NCBI GenBank assembly: GCA_964016885.1
Contig: OZ024742.1
Span: 123,628,001-123,692,000 of the forward strand
Direction of reading: 5' to 3'
Source of the DNA: Eledone cirrhosa
Taxonomy: Eukaryota
DNA: 64,000 nt
Notes under the pieces: model-generated
Seen by the model: only the letters and a program-made list of their open reading frames with translations
What the model was told of the DNA's origin: nothing
The model's database searches: none
In this document: one piece after another, positions 40,440 through 53,984 of the stretch
Numbering within the stretch: position 1 is the stretch's first letter
How the letters are laid out: each line of letters opens with the position of its first letter
Translations under genes and position numbers: made by a program

Positions 40440-41060
40440 CTTCTTGGTCGCCCATTTATTCCTGAGGGGTTGATGGGGGCTGAGCCCCCAAATACTCCTC
40501 CAGTGCATCCTTTTAAAAGCAATCGTCTCCCACTTATCCAGCTGAATCACCAAGTGAGACCAGAGATGCTCATGGATGTTATGTATCCATCTTGCTCGGG
40601 GCCTACCTCTCGGTCTCCTGCCTGTAATATCTGTCCGGCGAATCTTTCCTGAGACTCTCTACGTCCATGCCCATAGTATTGGAACTGTGATCTCTCAATT
40701 TGGAGAAGTATCAGTCCTATCTGAAGTGAGTCTCTGGCCTCCAAGCTATGCACTCTATCCAGTAACGTTACTCCAGAGACTCTTTGGCAGAACGCCATTT
40801 CGGACGCTTGTTTTTCCGATCGTATTATTTTGGTTATTACCCAAGATTCATGATTTTACAGTGACCTCCCTTCGTTTGATTACCGAATGCTGAATCTGGA
40901 GCATTATTGCACCAGCTCATGCAATTCTTGAACGTATTTCAGCCTCCTACCTTACATCACTCAGGAACACGGTCCCAAGATACTTGAACATCTCCTACTA
41001 CTATGTGGAACTTCATTCGATTGTAGAGTGCCCTGACTGGCTAAGTAATACCATGTCCTC
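40440..41060 (-). mobile_element. RTE-clade LINE 3' fragment
   Basis: EMAFCQRVSGVTLLDRVHS..IERSQFQYYGH..QILQA; FKYLG-like segment near 40980. Confidence 0.8.
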
Positions 41061-43959
41061 TGCAGATTTGAATATCATATATGTCTTTGGCAAATCAGAT
41101 ATACTACAAACTATAATCTAGATAAAATATTACCCGTATATGACAGATTTCAGTCTTATGTCATGTAACATGCATCAGTGTTACACATTAGTGTTAGAAT
41201 TATTCATTATGTCTGATATTTATTAATTCTTGATAGTGAATGGGATAATATAGAAGACCCTTGTTTTGTGAGGAATATTAAATTACTAACCATTACATAA
41301 TATCAAATCCTTTATTCGAAAATAGGTAATGAATTTTCTTTCAAAACATTCGTTGGCTATTACGAATAGTGACTTAGTGCTAAAATGGACTTGTTCCCTT
41401 CAATGTGCCTTTATTCTGAAAGTTCATAAAATAGAAATCTTAGTAAACGCGAGATCTCACACCTCATTCGTTTATCAAGTGGGATGGAACGCGTAAAATC
41501 TAACGAAGGAAATAATGTTTCCATTGCTGATAGTATCTACTTGTCCCAACTTCTGTCAAAATAGAAATTTCTAACAGGTATTTTAAAAATGTATGAAACA
41601 AAATGTAATTGTTTTGGTTTGGTCTCTATATAATTTAATGAATGACTCATTTAGCTGTTCCAGTTATCAACTTTTAAAAATAGACAACTGATCTATATCT
41701 CTACATATTTCTCTTCTAACATCCATTGTTAGAAGTTAATGCAGAGCTGATTTATAAACATGAAATATTTGATTGAAATTGAATTTCAGAACACTAAAAT
41801 CAAATAATAAAAATAGATTACAAAAAGCATCAGATTTAGGCATTTGACGTTTGATTTTTTAAAAATCATTTTGTGTTAAAGAAACTCAGATACTTTTACT
41901 TCATTGAATCTCAAGTTCTTAAATGAACAACTATATTAGATTTAATTTGTATAATTGATTATGAAATAATTAAATTACGGTTGACCTTTCCCTTTAACAT
42001 GTTTGTTGAGTGGCAACATTTACACCGAACCATTTCATATATATTTTTTTACATTCTTGTATTTAAATTCTACGATTAGAGCTTTGAATGTTACATGATA
42101 CATATATTACATAAATCAGAAAGAATGTAAATATCTGGGAAATTAGTCAGCTCCTAATAAATGAGTTCGTACAAAAACAACAAAAAACAAACAAACAAAA
42201 AACAAAATCATAAACCTTAGGTTTCATCCCAATTATAAAGCTACTATTTTTGCATGTGTATTAGTTAGTCTCTTTTTACTATACTTATGTGATACGAGGG
42301 TTCCGCCATGTGGTCGTTAATTAATTTGAAATAGCAGCCAATTTTCTGAAATCACTCGTTAATAGTAGCCAATTTTCTGAAATCACTCGGACTAGACAAT
42401 GAAGTAATAGGTATATCAGAAATGGAGGACCATAACTGCAATGTCTTTTGGTCATAATTCTATTCAATCGGGGCTTAAGAACAACAACAGGAGTTTTTAA
42501 ATTGGATGCTAAAATATTTGTATTTTTGGCTATGCGTTGTCATAGCTTCTTGTCATAGCTTCTTGCTTAGGTTTACCACCCCCTATATATTGTCGTATTT
42601 GTAGTAACTAAATCTCATTTGGAATTCTTTTCAGTAAAAATACATTAGCCTAAAAGTCAGATATTTTGAGAAAATGTAATAGATAAATAGATATAAGCGC
42701 TCTTTATTGAAATATTGAATTGAAGAATGGTGTGGGTGTGGGCTTGAGTGTATCACACTTATCGATTGACTGATTTCACATAATGAGTAGATATCTGCCG
42801 TATTTGTCTAATATTTATATACACAATTCTTTCCTAACACCTAAATTGAGAAACTACTATAGTTATTTTAACAATCAATCTTTTATCGTTAATGTAATAT
42901 TTATCAGTAATAAACGAACAATATTAAAACACCTTAATTTAATCTCAAAGCTATAAACACACCTTTCAATACTCATTAGAACACCACCAGTATTTCAACC
43001 ATACAAAAACTATTTTTCGCTTCATTAATACAGATGAAAGGTTTAACATTTTCTTTGTCATTTAATGCCGGGGAATATACATATATTCGATGTTATATGA
43101 ATCATTATTCTTAACCACCCGTTATTTTCCATTTCATGTTCCGCTCTATGCACTTTTAAAACAAAAATTAAAAGTAATTTCATGATATTTCCTATTTAAA
43201 CATTCTAGTCATTACCACATTTAATTCTATGTGACAATATAAGCGTCTGTCAAGTTTTGGAAGCTTTTATAATATTAATATTGTCTACCATCATTACTTA
43301 AAACAAATTTTATATCACTCAGTTTTATGTAAAACAGTTACATGAAAATATTGCTAATCTGTAAAATAAAGAAACATACAATTTATATAATTTCTCTAGC
43401 CGCAAGAAATACATGATACCCAACTCCACGCTGTTAAGACTTGCGTAGAATCTGGCTAACATCTCCACTGACCTAATATACCCGCTCCCTCTTTCGCAAA
43501 AACTATTTGTCAGCATTTCTGGATTGTACGTGGTATATTGTGCCTTAATAACAATTCATTAATTAAATATTGCAACGGATGCCACCAGATATTTCACTGT
43601 ACAAGAATCGCACACAAAAAAGACCAAGAATATATTTTCTTTATTTATATACTTTCCATTCGATGAGTCGCAATCATTCTTCATCTAGCGTCTGAGATAT
43701 GTTCTCATAAGCATTTTCTTACCATCGGGAATCCACCATTCTTCACAGAGGTGCCAATGTGGTGTTCCTCATAAACTAGTCTGCCGGGCGCCGAGCATAA
43801 TTTTGAATATCTGTCCCTTAACACTGAGTAGAGAGTTGATACTGAACTGAACAATTCTATTTGGTTCTTCTACCTGTGAAATCCACACACCTTCTTCATA
43901 TCATTGTGAAAATTCGCTTAACGGGATATAGCTTTTAATTTTTGAACGAGGATAACAAT

Positions 43960-44135
43960 TTGGGGGGAGGTGAAAGTCTTTTAATTCGTTATTGGTACCT
44001 TATTTTATCGACCCCGTAATGGGGATAGGTAAAGGTAACTTCAGTATGATTTGAACTCAGAATATAACGGCCGTATGTCTATGCTGCAAAGTATGTTGTC
44101 CAACGCTCTAACTACTACGTCAATCCACCGCCCTT
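43960..44135 (-). mobile_element. tRNA-derived SINE (family 1)
   Basis: ATTTGAACTCAG and GGTACCTTATTTTATCGACCCC blocks. Confidence 0.7.
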
Positions 44136-45309
44136 CATAACGGGAAATAGTAAGAGGTTCTATGTTTATGACAGCTGCTAAAATCCCCATTTAATAATCT
44201 GAAGTATTAAATGAAATGAAATCTAACAAATTTGAACTTGTTTTGAAAAGCTCTGAACTTAATAAAATTATCGTTTGATAATCGAATATAATTTGATATT
44301 CTTTTGGGGTGTATCTCCTATTCCTCTAGAGGTTTAATTTTTGTATATTTCCTTTTATTTTAGTTGTATTTCTGCAGAGGAAAACAATTCAGATTCAAAT
44401 TGACCAAAGTTTCAATTTTCTTTAATATTATTATTTCGCTCTGTATGGCGACAGTGTGTCTGATTTCCTCTCACTTAAACGTTGCATTGAAAAAATATTG
44501 CATTAAAATGTTACTGCAATCAATTTGGAACGGCCACACGGGCTAGAAGGCTAGAAAGAAGAGCTGATTCTAATATGTGTCTAGTATTTCTGTTCATATA
44601 AGTTTCATATTAGGTTTTGTATATTGAAAGTATTTTGATAGATTCTTAACGTATCATATAACATGTGAGACAATAGATCGTTAAACACGGGGAATGGATT
44701 GCTATACTGCAATCAGGCTAACAACGTTAAACAATATTTATCAGAACTATATAAATAGACTTTGGAGACAGTCCAATGAAACAACTAATAACATGAAGGC
44801 AAGATTTGGAACTTTGTATATATTCTGTTTCTCCTGCATACTGAGTAATATTCTTTTTCTTTTCACATAGAGCTACCGACCACTATGAATTTGTAAAACT
44901 TTCAGTTTTGATATCGATTATTTCAATGCAAAATATGTTATAGCTATTTATTTTAGACGGGAAAGTAAAGGAAAACATTCAAAATGTTTGAAGCCTGTTT
45001 CAAACATCTCGGCCTAGAAAGTGTAAAAAGGAAATTTATAACACGTTACAGCGTCTCAGTGAATTTTAATTACTTCTTTTGACACCTACAAAACTGCATG
45101 ACTATACTTCAAAGTTCACTCGTTTCTCTCCGTTTAACTTATTTATGTTAAGAAACTGTTGCTATTATAACATATACATACATAATTACTGTTTACTATC
45201 TGTTTACTAGTTCAGTACTTTCCAAAAACATCGATCCCACATATCTTTACACGCTTTTTATTCATATTTATAGTCTTCAGTTTATTGTAATATTGTATTA
45301 GGTTTGAGA

Positions 45310-46870
45310 TCCTCAAGTCCAACAGGCAAACCCTTTGGGACCCCTCCTGTTCGACCTCTGTATTGACCACTTCACCCGGAGTATCACGGATTCTCTCAAC
45401 GTTTGGTATCTGGATGATGCTACGTTGGGTAGGCTCATACGGACTGTCTGCCATGACCTTCAATCGGTAGTTCCTGCCCTGGCGGGAATCGGCCTGCAGG
45501 TCAACTCGGCCAAGTCGGATGTAGTGAACGTGAGCCTCGATGCTGAGAGCTTTGCAGCCTCCGTCTTGGACGTGCGGTCCTTTCTCCACCAGGTTCAGGT
45601 GACACCCCAAAGAGGATGTCCTCATCCTCGGGTCACCGATCTACCATCAGGTCCAGGCTTCAACAACTTCAGATCCTCACGAGTCGACTGGGCTTCATCG
45701 ACGGCCACCCAGCCGTCTTGCTGCTGAGAAACTGCTTCGCCTTGCCGAAGCTCCTCTGTACCCTTCGCAGCGCTCCATGCTACACCCAGACATCTCTCCT
45801 CGCTGACCTCGATACTTGTATCCGAGTAGCAGCCGAGGAGATATGCAAGGTCAAGTTTGACGACATAGGGTAGCAACAGGCCACTTTATCTGACAGGTAT
45901 GGCGGCCTTGGCCTCCTGTCGCCGTCTCGCTGGCTTTGCCGGCGAATCTTTCGTCGGTAACCTCGTGCCGCGTCCTCGTCAGCAGGGTTCTTCAAAACAC
46001 AACAGAACCGTCTGTGTTCAGATAACGTGAGGCCGCCTGTGAGACGTGGGACCGGCTGGGACTTAACCCAGTAGGCGTCCATCCTCCTTCTCCCTCTGTT
46101 GACGTCAAGTCCCCCAACGCACTTGGGATGCCATCCAGTGCAGCCTGGCCTCAGACAGGCTCACGCGCCAGCTCGGCCAGCACCGGCTTGCTTGTTTTCG
46201 TGCAGCCTCCAAACCCCACAGTGGTGCCTGGCTCTATGCCCTGCCCTCCTTCTCCACTGGCACGCAGCTAGACAACCATAGCCTGCGCATCGGTGTTTCG
46301 CTGAGGCTCGGCCTCCGGATCTGCCGGCCACAGCAATGTCGCTGCGGTTCCACGTGGACTCTTTCGCCATCCATCCGCTTTCCTATCGCTACAGTGGCGG
46401 CCGCATTCCACGCATGCTGCCCTCAACAAGGTCATTAAGCATGCCTTGGACGCTGCAGGCTTCGCTTCTCAGCTCGAGCCGGTGGGTCTGGATCAAGAGG
46501 AGGGCAAAAGGCCAGATGGCATGACCATCTTCCCGTTCCGCGCTGGCAAACCCCTCGTCTGGGATGCCACTTGCACCGACACTTTCTGCAACCGCAACCT
46601 GGTGCAGTCAGCGACTGACCCAGGTTCTGTTGCACGTCGAGCTGAGGAGGCCAAACTCCTCAAATACTGCTCTCCGACAGGTTTGTGGTCGTACCCCTGG
46701 CAGTGGAGACTTGTGGTGTCCTCGGGCCCAGGGCTACCTTCTTACTCACCACCATAGGGGCTGAGCTGGCGAGTTGGCGTGACTTTTCCAGCGCGTCTCC
46801 CTTGCCATCCTCCGGGGAACGCCTTCTCCATTCTGTCCGCCGGGGCTGTGGGTGGGCCCCATCGCGTATC
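45310..46870 (+). mobile_element. CRE-clade non-LTR retrotransposon (RT plus restriction-like endonuclease), 5'-truncated, broken
   Basis: VQQANPLGPLLF, WYLDD, GGLGL, HPLSYR, LEPVGL..GKRPDGMT..GKPLVWDATCTDT, PLAVETCGVLG. Confidence 0.9.
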
Positions 46871-47676
46871 ATTTTTGTAAATATGACAACTGTTTATGAT
46901 TTTATGTGACTATTAGGTAACTAGAGATTTTACTCTTATTTTTGTATATTAGGTAGGTTTCATAAATCAAATAATAAGACACTACATGACATTGACATTT
47001 TAATTTTCAATCTTAACGTTTAATTTTTGTTTCTAACCCCTTAATATTTATTTATCTATTTATTTACTTTTCATTTATTTGTTTATTTATTTAACAATAT
47101 ATGTATTTGCGGTCTGGAAAATTACCTGATTGTCTTACCAGACATCAGTGGAAATGGTTGGGGCAAGCATCCCTCTACCAGAATCGTAATTCAAAGTTGT
47201 TGGTGAGTGCTAGACAAGGATCCAGCAGATAAGTAGAATGTTTTAGGCAGAATTGAACTCTGCAATCGTCATATTAATTTTAAATATCTCACCACATGTG
47301 GAGAGTGGAAGGTTTTGATATGTCCAATATAGGATTGTCCTCATAGTTGTAAACAAATTAAAAAATGTAGGAGAATGATGGGTAGACAATCAAAAATCCA
47401 TTTCCCCACCTGCGCACAGCGGTAGAGGAGGAACTAGAATTCACAAGTGAACGGATCGCAATAATGAAAATAGCAAATATATCAGTTGCCTAGTTAGTAG
47501 CTTGTATTGCTTTAGAAACATAAATATACCAATTACGATGATGTCCTATCGGTGTTTGCCTGTTCACATGTGTGTATGTATGTAAGTATGTATATATATA
47601 TATACATATAAACATACATATGTATATATATATATATATATATATGTGTGTATGCATATAGGATTGTATGTATGAG

Positions 47677-47717
<41 letters not shown>

Positions 47718-47721
<4 letters not shown>

Positions 47722-47920
47722 CGCGTGGCTTAGTGGTTAGAGGATTGGATTCGCAATCGTTAGGTTGTGAGTTCAATTCCCGGACAAGGCGATGCGTTAT
47801 GTCCTTGGGCAAGACACTTTATTTCATGTTATTCCGTCTATCTGGAGTTGCGACCGATAGATAGTATTAGCAATTAGAAAGACCAATGGAAACATTGTTC
47901 CGATTTGACAGTCGATCGAC
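47718..47920 (+). mobile_element. tRNA-derived SINE (family 2)
   Basis: GGCGCGTGGCTTAGTGGTTAGA, GAGTTCAATTCC, TGTCCTTGGGCAAGACACTTTATTTC. Confidence 0.85.
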
Positions 47921-48600
47921 TCTCTCTCTCTTTTTCTCTCTCTCTATGTTTGTGCATGTGTAGGTGTATGTATATATATATATATATGAGTATGACTAGC
48001 TATATGCATGTATTTGTAAGTTGAACAAATGTAAAAAAAATATATATGTATATAGAAAGTGTGATATATGATGTTTGATTTATGGGTACATGTGGATAGT
48101 ATGGTTAGGTTGAATATCTGTAGGTGTTTATATATTTTTATACAGGTACGTATGTAGTTATATAAATCTTTATTGGCGTTATGTGTGTGTATATGTTTTC
48201 GACAACGAAGGAGCAACGTACATGTATATATGGTGGCTGCCAACTCGTTTTCGAGTACGGCCACTACTTTATATCCATGTAGGAGAACCCCTACCGATGC
48301 ATTGAACGAGTGTGAGTTTTTAGTCCAGCCAGCGACTTGAAAACTCTGGTACAAACACTACATTTGTGACAATTATTGACACATAGTGCTGGGCCTATGG
48401 TACCATGTGATGATAAGTGCAGAGTGATCTCCAGATATAAAGCAATGCCTGTGCCGTGAAGCTTTTATAGTGAGCAAAGGCACTGCACAAAGCCAGTCCC
48501 ACTCTCTTAACATGTATATATATACATACATACATACATTACATACATAAATACATATATATATATACATACATATATATATAAATACATACATATATAT

Positions 48601-49395
48601 ATGAAAGAAAATTTCGTTCTACATGGCTGAATAGAATAAATGTAATCTGAGTTTTAAGAATATTAATAATAACATTCGATTCGTTTGCAATTATGCAAAC
48701 AAGCCTCAGTCACTGTGTATTTGTGAAAATAGCATATATTTTCACTAGCTCTGACAGTTTACCATGTGAACAGTGAGCTGTACTGATGAAGTTTGATACC
48801 CAGAAACATTAGTGCCTGCAGTTCTGTTCGCATGCCAACATAAGAGCAATAATGAAGTGTTCATGCTACTGACATGGCTATACAATTGAGGCTTGTTTGC
48901 ATAATTGCAAACGAATCGAATGTTACTATTAATTATCGAAAAACTCAGATTACATTTATTGTATTCAGCCATATACAGCGAAATTTTCTTTTTTATTTGA
49001 ATTTGGCAAAGCCGGCCATTTATCGCTCTATACAGGAAACTGACTGGCCAGTCTGCTGATATGCAAATCTAGCTGATCAGTGGATCTGCTAATATGCAGA
49101 TCTGACTGATCAACCAGTCTCCTAATATGCAAATCAGGCCGATAAGTCACTGTGTATTTTTGAAAATAGCATATATTTTCACTAGCTCTGAAAGTCTGTC
49201 AGGTGAAGAGTGTGCTGTACTGATGAAAGGTGATACACAGAAACATTAGTGTCAGCAGCTCAGTTTGCATGCCAACATAAGAGCAAGAATGAAGTGTGCA
49301 TTCTAGTGACATGGCTATAAAATTGAGGCTTGTTTGCATAATTGCAAACGCATCGAATGTTATAATTAATATTCGAAAAGCTCAGATTGCATTTA
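48601..49395 (+). mobile_element. Non-coding retrozyme-like element: two direct HHR-bearing repeats plus an inverted terminal arm
   Basis: 48707-48955 repeated at 49145-49395; 48601-48710 inverted to 48885-48992; CTGATGA at 48783 and 49220. Confidence 0.75.
49214..49259 (+). ncRNA. Type I hammerhead ribozyme (paralogue at 48777-48821 has GCC in place of GTC)
   Basis: gctgta-CTGATGA-AAGGTGATACACA-GAAA-CA ttag TG-TC-agcagc; stem II weak. Confidence 0.6.
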
Positions 49396-49768
49396 TATAT
49401 ATATATATAGGTTTGTTGGTATACCACTGGATAGAACTGGCCATTCCATATAGTCAACCTTGATGTAATATTAGGGAGAGCACTCGACGTAATGCAACTC
49501 ACCTGTCTTCCTTTGTCTTGTTGGTGGTGCGAGTACGGAGTTAATTATTATAAAATAACAAGAGGCTGGACTGGTGTAAGTCCTTAAAGGTTTATTATAC
49601 TAAGAACATTTCAATGACCGGGTTCAGTATGAATCCGGTGACATTCGAAATTTAACAGAGGAATATAATAGACACAATCCATAGTGCTCAAAAGGCAGAG
49701 ACACAAGAAGGCGACCAAACATTTAGCAGTTTCTTGACGGCGGCCGACCGAAATAAATTAAATTTCGA

Positions 49769-49826
49769 ATACCTGATGATGTCATCGGATTCATGCTGAA
49801 CCCGGTCAATGAAATGTTCATAGTAT
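49769..49826 (+). ncRNA. Type I hammerhead ribozyme in inverted element 49410-49877
   Basis: atac-CTGATGA-T..extended stem II..T-GAAA-TG tt CA-TA-gtat; arms 49546-49655 and 49758-49877. Confidence 0.8.
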
Positions 49827-49952
49827 AACAAACCTTTAAGGAATTACACCAGTCCAGCCTCCTGTTATTTTATAATATATATGTCTATATATGTTGATTT
49901 AAAACTGAACTATCCACAAGTGTTTTTTTAGCCTTCATATCATGTCCTCCTG

Positions 49953-50019
49953 TTTTATCTGATGAAAACACAAATATTATTGCATGATGATATTTGTTTT
50001 TGAAATGCGCATAATAAAA
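49953..50019 (+). ncRNA. Type I hammerhead ribozyme in a solo PLE terminus (49885-50065)
   Basis: ttttat-CTGATGA-AAACACAAATAT..ATATTTGTTTTT-GAAA-TGCGCA-TA-ataaaa; palindromic stem III. Confidence 0.85.
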
Positions 50020-50059
50020 TACATGAACTCCTTTAACCATCTTTTGTTCTTATATATTA

Positions 50060-50105
<46 letters not shown>

Positions 50106-50143
50106 TAAAAAAATGGCGAGCTGTGTTCTTGCAATTATGTATA

Positions 50144-50509
<366 letters not shown>

Positions 50510-50828
50510 TGGAAAACATTACGAAATTTCATTTCTCACTCATAGTACGGCTGTTACTTAAATATAAGTATGTATACGTACATACATATATGTATACAGA
50601 CGTACAGTAGTATATATATATGTATGTATGGATTTACCGAACATTTATTATAATGCTCGGTTTGTTTGTAAACAAACATCCGGAATTAAGCCGTACAGTG
50701 TTTAGCAACCATCGTTGCCCTTTTGTTCAACACTGACTCACTCGATATGCAAATTTGGCTGCTCAGCCGTTAATATGCATAAGGAAAGTATATACTTTCA
50801 GACGTTCAAACATCTGGCAGGAAGGTAT

Positions 50829-50871
50829 ACGGTGCTGACGATAGCTAATAAGCTTGAAACTAGTACATCGT
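50829..50871 (+). ncRNA. Type I hammerhead ribozyme in the loop of inverted element 50505-51082
   Basis: acggtg-CTGACGA-T-AGCT aata AGCT-T-GAAA-CTAG-TA-catcgt; arms 50562-50737 and 50878-51082. Confidence 0.88.
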
Positions 50872-51756
50872 TCCTTTGTCAGTGTTGAACAAAAGGGCAA
50901 CGATGGTTGCTAAACACTGTACGGCTTAATTCGGGATGTTTGTTTACAAACAAACCGAGCATTATAATAAATGTTCGGTAAATCCATACGTACATATACA
51001 TATATATGTGTGCATGTATGTATATATATACATACTACTGTACGTCTGTATATATATGTGTATGTACGTATACATACTTATATATATATATATTATTTGT
51101 AATAATGTAATGATGTGAATGTTTGTAAAACATTATCCTAATACCGCTAAGACTGACAGTTATGGCTACAGATCTTTTAAATCGGTGTCTCTTATTCATA
51201 GAATCGTTAAATTACTCAGCGATATGCTGAGCACGTAATGTGTATGCATAGTAGGACACATACAATTACCGTTCATAGTTTATGCTTAAGACAACTTGTT
51301 ATCCAGTGGTACAGCGTGAGAAGAAATATGCTCCAAATAAAAGAGCATCGATTATATTCATTGAATGTAAATTACAAAACTAAATTTAATGAGTATTTCT
51401 GTTAAATGTCTGCTTTTCGTGTTTATAATACGCAATTCAACATAATATGTCAACATTGACTGATACACTAAAGCAATCGTAATTGTTTCGTATAACAACA
51501 TATAACGATGTAATTTTCATTATGATCCAAATTTGGATAATTCATGCATTTATTTTTGTTGATGTAAATGATTTATTGTGAATTGTTAATTTTACAATAA
51601 GTTAAAATATAATATTATTCCATATGAAAATATCCAATTTTACCGGGCTGTTGATATGGTGGTAGAATATGAGATTTCATATTATCTATACGTAATCATA
51701 GTAATTGTCTGTATCAGGCTGAGAGCATGTTCAGTAATTATAGCGAGTAAAATGAA

Positions 51757-51975
51757 GGTGCGTGGCCTTGTATTAAATGTGTTGGACTTATCATCATAAT
51801 GTCGTGGGTTCGATTCCTTGACTGGTGTGTGTTTTGTGGTCTTGAGCACAACACTTCATTTCACGTTGCTCCAATATACTCAGCTGAAAAGTAGTACCAG
51901 CAATAGCTGGCGGTTTAACCCTGGGATGAACTGGCCTCCTTTACAAGGAGGAGTATATGGCCTTCAGGCCAAGTA
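51757..51975 (+). mobile_element. tRNA-derived SINE (family 2)
   Basis: GGTTCGATTCC box B; TCTTGAGCACAACACTTCATTTCACGTTGCTCCA core. Confidence 0.75.
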
Positions 51976-53984
51976 AATGTAATTGTTTCATTTATTTTAG
52001 AGCGAGGACACATTCCATATAGTATTTTATCATCTGGCTTTATCAGATTCATTAACTTATTTTTTTTACTGGTCAATGATTACTTTAAGGGACGAAATAG
52101 CCTTATTATTATTGAAAAGCTTGATTGCGAAAGCATATAATTAACGTGAGATAGAAGTGCACGAAATCTGCAGCATTTGATGATAATCCACATTAAAGTC
52201 GAATGTCAGTAGTATTTCATGATGGCATGTTCAAAAGAACGACTGTTCCGTTTGCGGAAGAACAATTCAGATTCTACTATTTTTGCTTCTGTTTACAGTA
52301 CACTTAATCTTTGATACACAAGTCAGGTCTAGAGGATGGGATGTTAAGCTTATATCGGACAAACCTCATATATATATGACGTATATAAAGATATTATCTA
52401 TTAACCACATTAATGTATATGTTTAATATAAATAATATTTTGCAGGATGGCTGTTCACTTTCTAGGAGTATTTGCTTATAAAGATGTGAATATTTGATTC
52501 TATCCATTTAATATTATTGCATTTGAAATGTTTAGTGGTACATGAGAATTACTAATTTAGAACTATATATCTTCCGGAATAAACTGTAAGCTTAAAGTAA
52601 GAATCCCGTACCCAAAGATGCAATTGTCTGAGACATTATGAAGTGTAATTGGAAAACCAAAGGTCAAATAAATAACACTTTGTGTAAGTGTGATCTAGAT
52701 TTACGCAAAAATAGAGAATTCATCTCCGGAGATGGAAAAATGTTTTCAGATTACATCGGTATTGAAATATATTGAAACCTGCTTCAATAAGATTCTAAAT
52801 CAAACTTAGGTAAATAAAGTAGTACTGTATATACTGAATATCAAGTAAAACAAATTTATAAAACATTTTTGCATACGATGGAGATTAGTGATTATTTGTT
52901 TTCTAAAATTGTTGTAATCATTAAATTCCGCAAATAATCTTATATCTCCGATTTGAAATCGACTTCTTAAAACTGTAATAAATGAAAGAACACAAATTGA
53001 ATAAAAATGTTTAATGCACTACTATTAATAATATTCTTATACTTTCATACCATAGATAACCTACTCCCCATTCAAAGTTTTTTTTATGGTGAAACAAATA
53101 TATTAATATTTCTATTACTTTTCTCATGTATAATGTTGTATGAAAGTATTAAATCAAACGCAATAAATCTCTGAGTATAATTCAGAGAGCAGATGCAATA
53201 CAAGTGAAAATAAATTTCGGAGCTGTCTCAGAGATTATGATACACTGCTCGAAATATTTTACGAGCAAATCTAGTTTCTTGTCATATACCAATACACGAA
53301 TGTGCCTATTAAATAGGTTGCAACACTGAAATGTGGGTATTGCTATTTCCTCCTTAATATGTTTGTTCCCGTTTGTTGTTAACTGATCTGTAGTTTTTTG
53401 GGTGGGGGATATTGAATATAAAAAAACAACAACAGAAAACTGAGAAATATATTTGAGAAGATTGTATTTGGAACATTATGAATCCTAATCTAAAACATAA
53501 CATTTACCAGCGAGTCTCTTGTACGTTAATGTTAAATTAACGAATGAAATGTCATATTGTAGAGATGTGATAAATATTGATTAACGAAGCGCTTGTTCTT
53601 TGGGAAAGATCTCCTTAAATTGATTAAAATGCATAGCTATGTTTATCTACCTTCTTTTGTGCCCTTGTGGCTAATAAAGAAACATATCTATTTGCGCCAC
53701 TCTATCTAACTATCTACTATATGAAAAGTGTAATTTTCTACACAAAACGAAGGTTATAGAGAAAATTGAGGTTGGTAATGGCACATGGAATATATAAGAG
53801 ACAGAATACTTTTTATATATATATATATAAACCAGCTAGATTGGTAGATAGTTAGATTGACTAGCGGAAAAACCGCCCTTCGAGCGGTTTTCTGCTAGCA
53901 TATGTAGTGTGCATATTGGTATTATACGCAAATATATGTGCATATAGATATATGTAAATTGAAAAGTAAATTGACAATATCTTC

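Noticed and set aside
47718-47790. tRNA gene
   Set aside because: Box A/B head runs into a SINE core with no complete cloverleaf; the same applies to the other SINE heads
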